Source: Serratia sp. L9 (GTDB taxonomy: Bacteria > Pseudomonadota > Gammaproteobacteria > Enterobacterales > Enterobacteriaceae). Taken from it: DNA of 24,000 bases. Each line of letters begins with the position of its first letter. Within the stretch, counting starts at the first letter, position 1. A program made the translations under genes and the position numbers. Shown piece by piece: positions 18,423-24,000 of this stretch. The notes below the pieces were generated by a model. It ran no database searches. It was not told the DNA's origin and saw nothing but the letters and a program-made list of their open reading frames with translations. The DNA is taken from NCBI RefSeq assembly GCF_050632285.1, contig NZ_CP192591.1, forward strand, positions 5,525,530 to 5,549,529, read 5' to 3'.

Positions 18423-18448
18423 CAGGGCAGCCCGCAATGGCTGCCCTG
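18423..18448. terminator. GC-rich hairpin between convergent aqpZ and the methyltransferase gene
   Basis: CAGGGCAGCC-CGCAAT-GGCTGCCCTG is a perfect 10-bp stem. There is no clean U-tract on either strand, so its function as an intrinsic terminator is uncertain. Confidence 0.4.
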
Positions 18449-18452
18449 TCAT

Positions 18453-19223
18453 TTACCCTTTTACCGCTTCAAACATCATGATATCACTGGTAAATGAGCC
18501 ATCGGCCTGAATGGCAAAGTGCTGGCGCACATCTGCCGCCACCCCTTGTTGCAAGGCTCGGATCGCCGTGACGAAATGCGTCGGCGTGCGCATTCGTGCC
18601 ACCCAACTGCTGAACTCCAGATCCAAACGATCTGATGTCACCTCCCGCACCAGCAACCCGGATTCAGTCAGCATCCTCAACCATTCACCAGGTGCATAAT
18701 TACGCACGTGCGAAGTGTCCCGCAATACCTCAACGGTTTGCAGATAAATATCCAGTAAAGGATGCCCAGGGGAAACCACATCCATCAAGATGGCCCGCCC
18801 ACCCGCTTTCAATACCCGATTCACCTCACGCAATGCACGGCCCACATCATGCCAGTGGTGTGCCGAATAGCGGCTGATCACCACGTCAAAACTGGCATCA
18901 TCAAAGGGTAACGATTCCGCCACACCTTGCTGCACCTGAATATTTACCAGCCCCTTTTCCCCTGCCGCTTTGCTCACCACCTCCAGCATTTGCGCCGACA
19001 GATCGTATGCCACTACCTGCTCCACATTGGCTGCTGCGGTAAAACTGGCATGCCCCGCCCCACATCCCAAATCAAGCAAACGCGCGGAGGAATTCCCTGC
19101 CAGTAACCTGGCCAGGCGCTGCAAGTCCTGCCCTAGCGCATGGACCGTGCTGGTCAAATAGGCATTAGCCTGTTCACCGAATTGGCGGTCGACCGCGTTT
19201 TTATGGCTGTTGCTGATGCTCAT
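18453..19223 (-). CDS. Class I SAM-dependent methyltransferase
   Basis: 256 aa from MSISNSHKNAV (GGGAG upstream of the ATG at 19223). Motif I is LLDLGCGAGH and the post-I motif is VVAYDLS. This is the Methyltransf_11-type layout. Confidence 0.85.
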   Translation of the reverse strand: MSISNSHKNAVDRQFGEQANAYLTSTVHALGQDLQRLARLLAGNSSARLLDLGCGAGHASFTAAANVEQVVAYDLSAQMLEVVSKAAGEKGLVNIQVQQGVAESLPFDDASFDVVISRYSAHHWHDVGRALREVNRVLKAGGRAILMDVVSPGHPLLDIYLQTVEVLRDTSHVRNYAPGEWLRMLTESGLLVREVTSDRLDLEFSSWVARMRTPTHFVTAIRALQQGVAADVRQHFAIQADGSFTSDIMMFEAVKG

Positions 19224-19340
19224 AGCTGCTCCCATTTTTATCTGGCTTACGCCTGTGCCGGATGGCTGGTAATGACTATAATCAAGCTGTTATACGGGTA
19301 CAATATAACCACTTATCCTAGTATCAACAGGTACCACGCT

Positions 19341-20126
19341 ATGGAATCGGACGACATATCCAGCCAGAAAGCCCTCGGGGCCTTCCTGCGCGCACATCGG
19401 GAACGGGTAACGCCAGAAATGATAGGCTTGCCCACGGCTTCTCGTCGCCGTACCAGCGGCCTGCGCCGTGAGGAGTTGGCGCAAATCAGCGGCATCAGTG
19501 CAACCTGGTATACCTGGATTGAACAGGGTCGCGAGATTTCCATTTCGCCTTATACGCTGGCACGCATTGCCAAAGCACTTCGGTTAGGCCATGCCGAGCG
19601 TCATTATCTGTTCACTCTGGCACGCATCGCCGATCCCGAGCTGGAGCCGCCTCAGGAAGCGGTCAATGCCTCGGTGTTGCAAAGCGTGCATCAGATGACG
19701 GTTCCCTGTTACCTGCTCGATCTCACCTGGAATATGGTGGCCTGGAATCCGCAGGCAGAGCAGCTATTCTGCGATTGGCTGAAACAGGCTAACACCCCGA
19801 ACCTGCTGCACTTTATGTTCTTTCACCCGCAAGCGAAACTGCTGGTCAGCAATTGGGAGGACCGCGCCCGGCGCGTAGTGGCGGAGTTTCGGGCTGAGAC
19901 CAGCCATCATCAGGGAACAGAGGAGATACGCGCCTTTGTCCGTAACATGACGCACAACAGCGAGGCCTTCCACCATTGGTGGAAACAGCAAGACGTGATG
20001 GCCCGTGAAGGCGGGGAACGCATTTTCAGCCATCCGAAACAAGGCGAACTGCATTTCCAGCAGGTCACATTCTACCCGGCAGAACATAACGGGCTTAAAA
20101 TGGTGATGTTAATACCGCTGCCGTAA
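19341..20126 (+). CDS. XRE-type HTH regulator with MmyB-like C-terminal ligand-binding domain
   Basis: 261 aa from MESDDISSQKALGAFLRAHRERVTPEMIGLP...GLRREELAQISGISATWYTWIEQGR, the characteristic MmyB-family N-terminus. The upstream 67 codons of the ORF-track entry overlap the divergent gene and its promoter. Confidence 0.8.
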   Translation: MESDDISSQKALGAFLRAHRERVTPEMIGLPTASRRRTSGLRREELAQISGISATWYTWIEQGREISISPYTLARIAKALRLGHAERHYLFTLARIADPELEPPQEAVNASVLQSVHQMTVPCYLLDLTWNMVAWNPQAEQLFCDWLKQANTPNLLHFMFFHPQAKLLVSNWEDRARRVVAEFRAETSHHQGTEEIRAFVRNMTHNSEAFHHWWKQQDVMAREGGERIFSHPKQGELHFQQVTFYPAEHNGLKMVMLIPLP

Positions 20127-20232
20127 AATCTGTTGCAATCGTGCTTCTTGGTGAGCGGTTCAGCCTGCGGGCCGGGTTATTCAGTGGCGGTCGGGGGTAA
20201 CTGGGAAGAGTTTCGCCCCTAATCAAACAATG

Positions 20233-20487
20233 TCAGGGCGTTTTACTGTCATCGATTTTTGCCAGAGCCAGGCGATAGGCTTTGACCTTTTGACGTTTTT
20301 TCAGCCAGGTAGTGACCGAAACCACAAAAATGGCGCCGGACAGAGTCAGCGCGCCAGGAGGATGGCCGTAAAAAACCATCATGGTAAAGTATACTGCTGA
20401 AACAATGGCTACCCATTTAGCCGAATTCCCCACGGTACTTTTCTCGAGGGTTAATCGGCGGATAGCCTCTTCCTCACTGATTCCCAT
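20233..20487 (-). CDS. Small hypothetical membrane protein (2 predicted TM helices)
   Basis: 84 aa. GGGAG lies 5 nt upstream of the ATG. There are two hydrophobic stretches (WVAIVSAVYFTMMVFY, LTLSGAIFVVSVTTWL) followed by a basic tail KKRQKVK. I recognise no family. Confidence 0.5.
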   Translation of the reverse strand: MGISEEEAIRRLTLEKSTVGNSAKWVAIVSAVYFTMMVFYGHPPGALTLSGAIFVVSVTTWLKKRQKVKAYRLALAKIDDSKTP

Positions 20488-20599
20488 ACGCGCTCCCTGA
20501 TGGTTTAACAGTCCATTATATGTAGAAATACCGCTGTATTTTCAATCGGTTTTTTAGTAAAGATGCGTAAACCTCAACGGGTTAGTTATCGCGAGCAGC

Positions 20600-20630
20600 A
20601 AATAAATGAGGCGCAGCCAAAGGCCGCGCC
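20600..20630 (-). terminator. Candidate terminator after the pirin gene
   Basis: GGCGCAGCC-AAA-GGCCGCGCC forms 8 bp plus one mismatch. On the minus strand it is followed by TCATTTATTTG. Confidence 0.5.
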
Positions 20631-20663
20631 TGAAATCCCTATACTTTGTATGTAAATAGTGAA

Positions 20664-21544
20664 TTATGCACTCTCCTGATCCACTGACATCGTGCCAAAC
20701 TGCCCGCTGTTGAAATCGTGGAAAGCCTGCTGGATCTCAGCTTCGCTGTTCATCACAAACGGGCCGTAACCGACAATAGGCTCTGCGATTGGCTCACCGC
20801 TCAGCACCAGCAAAGTGACATCGTTGTTAGCCTCAATGGTGATGGATTCACCGCTTCTATCCAGCAGCACCATTTGGGTTTCCCGCACAATCTGCTCACC
20901 GTTAACCAGAATGGCCCCATGCAGCATCACTAATGCCAGCGTATGCCCCTCTTCCACCTGCAGGGTGGTGGTATGTCCGGCGTTAAGTTTCATGTCCCAC
21001 ACATTCAGCGGGCTGAACGTTCGGGCAGGCCCCGCATGGCCACCAAAGCTCCCGGCAATCACCCGAACTGAGCCGGCGTTATCCGCCAGTGGAACTACCG
21101 GTATATCCTTATTCAGCAACGTCTGGTAACCCGGTGCCGCCATTTTGTCTTTGGCAGGCAGATTAACCCACAATTGCACCATTTCCATCGTGCCCCCTTA
21201 TGGGAAAACGCTTTGGAATGAAACTCTTCATGCAGAATACCCGAGGCTGCGGTCATCCATTGCACGTCACCAGGGCCAATCACCCCGCCGCTGCCGGTAG
21301 AGTCACGATGTTCCACTTCGCCCTGATAAACGAGGGTCACCGTTTCAAACCCACGGTGTGGATGTTGCCCCACGCCACGTCGGCCACTAGCCGAACGGAA
21401 TTTGGTTGGCGCAGCATGATCCAACAGCAGGAACGGGCTCATTTCTGCACCCAGTTCGTTATACGAGAACAGTGAATTCACCAGGAAACCATTACCGACC
21501 CAGTGGGCTTCCGGGCTGTTATAAATACCAAGGATCTTTTTCAT
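20664..21544 (-). pseudogene. Pirin-family protein, frameshifted as sequenced by -1 in a G5/C5 run
   Basis: The N-terminal cupin has HPHRGFETVTLVYQGEVEHRDS. ORFs 21113..21634 and 20664..21188 join if the C5 run at 21193-21197 is C6 (..FSHKGGTMEMVQLWVNLPAKDKM..). The start at 21544 follows AGGAG. 881 nt plus 1 makes 294 codons. Confidence 0.88.
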
Positions 21545-21639
21545 CTTGAACTCCTGTTGCAGGCACATGGCCTTACGTTGATGCCAGAAGTTTAATCCAA
21601 CGCGGTTTGCTGCAGTAGTCGCCAGGATATACACTCAGT

Positions 21640-21655
21640 GTTCTACAAATGGAAC
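21640..21655. promoter_or_regulatory. LysR-type T-N11-A candidate site in the pirin/LysR divergent region
   Basis: GTTCTACAAATGGAAC is a GTTC-N8-GAAC dyad containing T-N11-A, 15 nt upstream of the LysR start. Confidence 0.3.
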
Positions 21656-21669
21656 AATAGGAGATTGTG

Positions 21670-22577
21670 ATGCCTACCGATCTGAACGATCTGTTCTACT
21701 TCGCCAGCGTGGTGGACCATCAAGGTTTTGCCCCGCAGGGCGCGCGCTGGGCATTCCCAAATCCAAGCTCAGCCGCCGGGTGGCACAGTTGGAAGAACGG
21801 CTCGGTGTGCGCCTGATCCAACGTTCAACCAGGCGTTTTTCGGTTACCGAACTGGGACAAAATTATTACGTTCACTGCAAGGCAATGCTGGTTGAAGCCG
21901 AAGCGGCGCAGCAGGCAATCGAACAGACCCGCGCAGAACCTTGCGGAACGGTTCGCATGTCTTGCCCGGTTGCCATGTTGCATACGCGTATCGGCAGCAT
22001 GGTGGCAAGGTTTATGGCAGATTATCCGCGGGTGACGGTGCATCTGGAAGCCACCAACCGCCGGGTCGATGTGGTGGGCGAAGGGTTGGATCTGGCCGTG
22101 CGTGTGAGGCCCCCTCCGCTGGAAGACAGCGATCTTGTGTTGAAGATCCTGGCTCAACGCCGCGGGTGCATCGCCGCCAGCCCGGCATTGGTGCGCACCC
22201 TCGGCCCGGTTAACACCCCCGAAGAGTTGCAGGCCTACCCGACGCTCGATCTGGGCCCGGCGAAAGCCCAGCATCAATGGCAGCTCCACGGCCCGCAGGA
22301 ACAGAAGTTCCAGTGGGAGCACCAGCCAAGGCTGGTCACCGACGATATGCTGATGCTGCGCACGGCGGCAATTGCCGGGGCAGGTATCGTTCAGCTACCG
22401 ATCATGATGATGCGCGATGACATTCTGCGTGGCGATCTGGTGCAACTGTTACCCGGCTGGCAGCCTCAGAGCGGTGTGATACATCTGGTCTACCCCTCAC
22501 GCCGTGGCATACTGCCAGCGGTGCGGCTGTTGATAGACTTTCTGGCACAGCAATTCGCCGCCCTCGAAGAGACGTGA
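21670..22577 (+). pseudogene. LysR-family transcriptional regulator, frameshifted as sequenced by -1 in a C4 run
   Basis: The ATG at 21670 gives MPTDLNDLFYFASVVDHQGFAP. With C5 instead of C4 at 21731-21734 it continues AGRALGIPKSKLSRRVAQLEERLGVRLIQRSTRRF.. (canonical LysR HTH) into ORF 21780..22577. 908 nt plus 1 makes 303 codons. Confidence 0.9.
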
Positions 22578-22967
22578 TCAGGCGGTGATTTCGATGGCAT
22601 TACCGTCTGGATCGCGAATGATGGCTTCATAAAAGCCATCGCCAGTCCAGCGCGCACGCCCCAGGAGAATGCCTTCCTGCTGTGCTCGCTGCGCCAACTC
22701 GTCCACCAGCGCCTCACTGCCGAGCGAAAGCGCAATATGTGCCCAGCCAACACGCTCCTCGCCTTTGCCTGCTGGCAGCAAGCCAGGCACATACATGATC
22801 TCCAGCGCAGGCCCACTGGCCAGTTGAACAAAGCGGGAAACAAAGCCAGGGCGATTCTTGCTCACATATTCCTCCCCCGCCACGCCGTTGAAATAGCGCT
22901 GCCAGAAGCCGATTTGAGCCTCAATATCCTGTGTCCATAAGGCAACATGGGCTATTTTCATCATCAT
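22578..22967 (-). CDS. VOC-family (glyoxalase/bleomycin-resistance/dioxygenase fold) protein
   Basis: About 127-129 aa: (MM)MKIAHVALWTQDIEAQIGFWQRYF ... GFYEAIIRDPDGNAIEI. There are three tandem ATGs, and the third (22961) has the best spacing to GGAG. The start overlaps the deoR stop (ATGATGATGA). Confidence 0.8.
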   Translation of the reverse strand: MMMKIAHVALWTQDIEAQIGFWQRYFNGVAGEEYVSKNRPGFVSRFVQLASGPALEIMYVPGLLPAGKGEERVGWAHIALSLGSEALVDELAQRAQQEGILLGRARWTGDGFYEAIIRDPDGNAIEITA

Positions 22968-23746
22968 TCTCCATTTTCTGTCGGGATATAAAGCACGTTG
23001 CCGCCGCTGAGTGTGACCTGCTGCTCAAGCTGAAGATGGCCGCCACGAGCAATGACCAGGTAGTCGACCTGGCTGGCGGGCAGCAACGTATAGGGGGCAT
23101 AGGTATTGAATTTGTCGCGGGTACACAGCACTGCAACATTGCCGGCGCGAGCCAATACCTGCTTTTTAAACTGGGCTTCCTGATAGCGCAGGGCTGTAAA
23201 CCCGCTGTCGGCGTCATAAGCGCAGACACCGGTAAAGGCAATATCGAACTGAAACGAGCCAATCTCGGCTACAGCTTTGGCATCCACACAGCCCCCGACC
23301 TGCGCATCGATTTCACCACCGATCAGGATGGTGCGTATCCCAGGGCGCTCCAGCAACCGGCTGGCCACGCTCAGAGCGTTGGTTACCACCGTAAGTTGCC
23401 GATCGCGCGGCAAGAGGTCCGCCAGATACAGATGGGTGCTGCCTGCATCCAGAAAAATCACCTGTTCGGTATGAATTAGCGCCAGGGCAGCCTGGGCCAA
23501 CTGCTGTTTTTCATCCCCGCTAAGGGCAATGCGCTCGGCAATATGGCCAGTGGCAGGCGTAGGAGCCAGCGCCCCGCCGTATATCCGTTTGCACAGGTTT
23601 TGCGCGGCCAATTGGCGCAGATCGCGGCGAATGGTGGCTTCGGTGGTATTCAAACGGGCCGCCATTTCTATCGCCAATACCCGCCCCTGCTGTTGCAAGG
23701 TTGCGAGGATGGCCTGATGGCGCTCGTTTGGTAGCAATTTTGACAT
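22964..23746 (-). CDS. DeoR-family transcriptional regulator
   Basis: 260 aa from MSKLLPNERHQAILATLQQQGRVLAIEMAARLNTTEATIRRDLRQL (DeoR HTH). The C-terminal sugar-phosphate sensor domain has IFLDAGST and VVTN. I used the start at 23746, not 23797. Confidence 0.9.
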   Translation of the reverse strand: MSKLLPNERHQAILATLQQQGRVLAIEMAARLNTTEATIRRDLRQLAAQNLCKRIYGGALAPTPATGHIAERIALSGDEKQQLAQAALALIHTEQVIFLDAGSTHLYLADLLPRDRQLTVVTNALSVASRLLERPGIRTILIGGEIDAQVGGCVDAKAVAEIGSFQFDIAFTGVCAYDADSGFTALRYQEAQFKKQVLARAGNVAVLCTRDKFNTYAPYTLLPASQVDYLVIARGGHLQLEQQVTLSGGNVLYIPTENGE

Positions 23747-23770
23747 TATGGCAGTCCGACACAAACAAAC

Positions 23771-23810
23771 TGAACACAAATGTACACAATCGTACATAAA
23801 TGAACAATGA
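23771..23810. repeat. Four phased 10-bp direct repeats (TGWACAYAAW) upstream of deoR
   Basis: TGAACACAAA / TGTACACAAT / CGTACATAAA / TGAACAATGA occupy exactly 23771-80, 81-90, 91-800 and 801-810. On the minus strand they coincide with a candidate promoter: TTGTTC (23807..23802), 17 nt, TACATT (23784..23779). Confidence 0.6.
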
Positions 23811-24000
23811 TCTTGCGCAAAAAGCGCGTTTGGGGAAATTTGCCGGTGGGATGTTGGCTATACTGGGAAAGCAACGTTACCGTAGACGTAACGGCTCAAT
23901 TAGATACTCTGGCTGCACGTGAAAGGCGACGGGTATTAAGGAAAAGCGATGCTATTTAGAGTAGCAAGATGGTTGTTTCAATTACCGGGCAAGGTGTTTG

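Noticed and set aside
1-24000. Search for CRISPR arrays, tRNA/rRNA genes, IS elements, integrases, phage genes or known defence-system genes
   Set aside because: I saw no spaced direct-repeat arrays, no tRNA-like cloverleaf candidates next to the accessory genes, and no transposase, integrase or phage-like ORFs. Every ORF of 80 or more aa that is not antisense to a stronger gene is accounted for by the features listed.

Overview
This window is a chromosomal core segment of an enterobacterium. It is syntenic with the E. coli K-12 interval phoR-phoB / sbcD-sbcC / (araJ) / mak / rdgC / ppnP(yaiE) / aroM / yaiA / aroL. From about 14.3 kb onward it continues into lineage-specific accessory genes. 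These are a GNAT acetyltransferase, a YdgH/BhsA-like stress protein, a secreted phytase-like esterase, aqpZ, a SAM methyltransferase with a divergent MmyB-like regulator, a small membrane protein, a pirin/LysR pair and a DeoR-VOC operon. Roughly 50-55% GC by eye and the ERIC elements suggest a non-Escherichia Enterobacterales, perhaps Yersiniaceae; that is inference only. I found no rRNA, tRNA, CRISPR array, IS element, integrase or phage gene, and no convincing multi-gene novel system such as a defence island.

The observations most worth follow-up are:
(1) Five genes (sbcD, rdgC, phytase-like, pirin, LysR) are each broken by one missing base inside a homopolymer. This looks like systematic homopolymer under-calling rather than real gene decay.
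(2) A self-contained promoter / RAT / terminator / BglG-family antiterminator unit sits where E. coli has araJ, with no PTS or glycosidase partner nearby.
(3) A near-consensus Pho box with phoB-like geometry lies in front of the secreted phytase-like gene, and an orphan PstS-family binding protein is appended to phoBR.
(4) The aroL-yaiA-aroM operon is split by an inserted SnoaL-like/AraC module, and aroM is reduced to a 3' remnant with an in-frame stop.
(5) There are two ERIC-type palindromic units.
(6) Four phased 10-bp direct repeats overlie the predicted deoR-VOC promoter.
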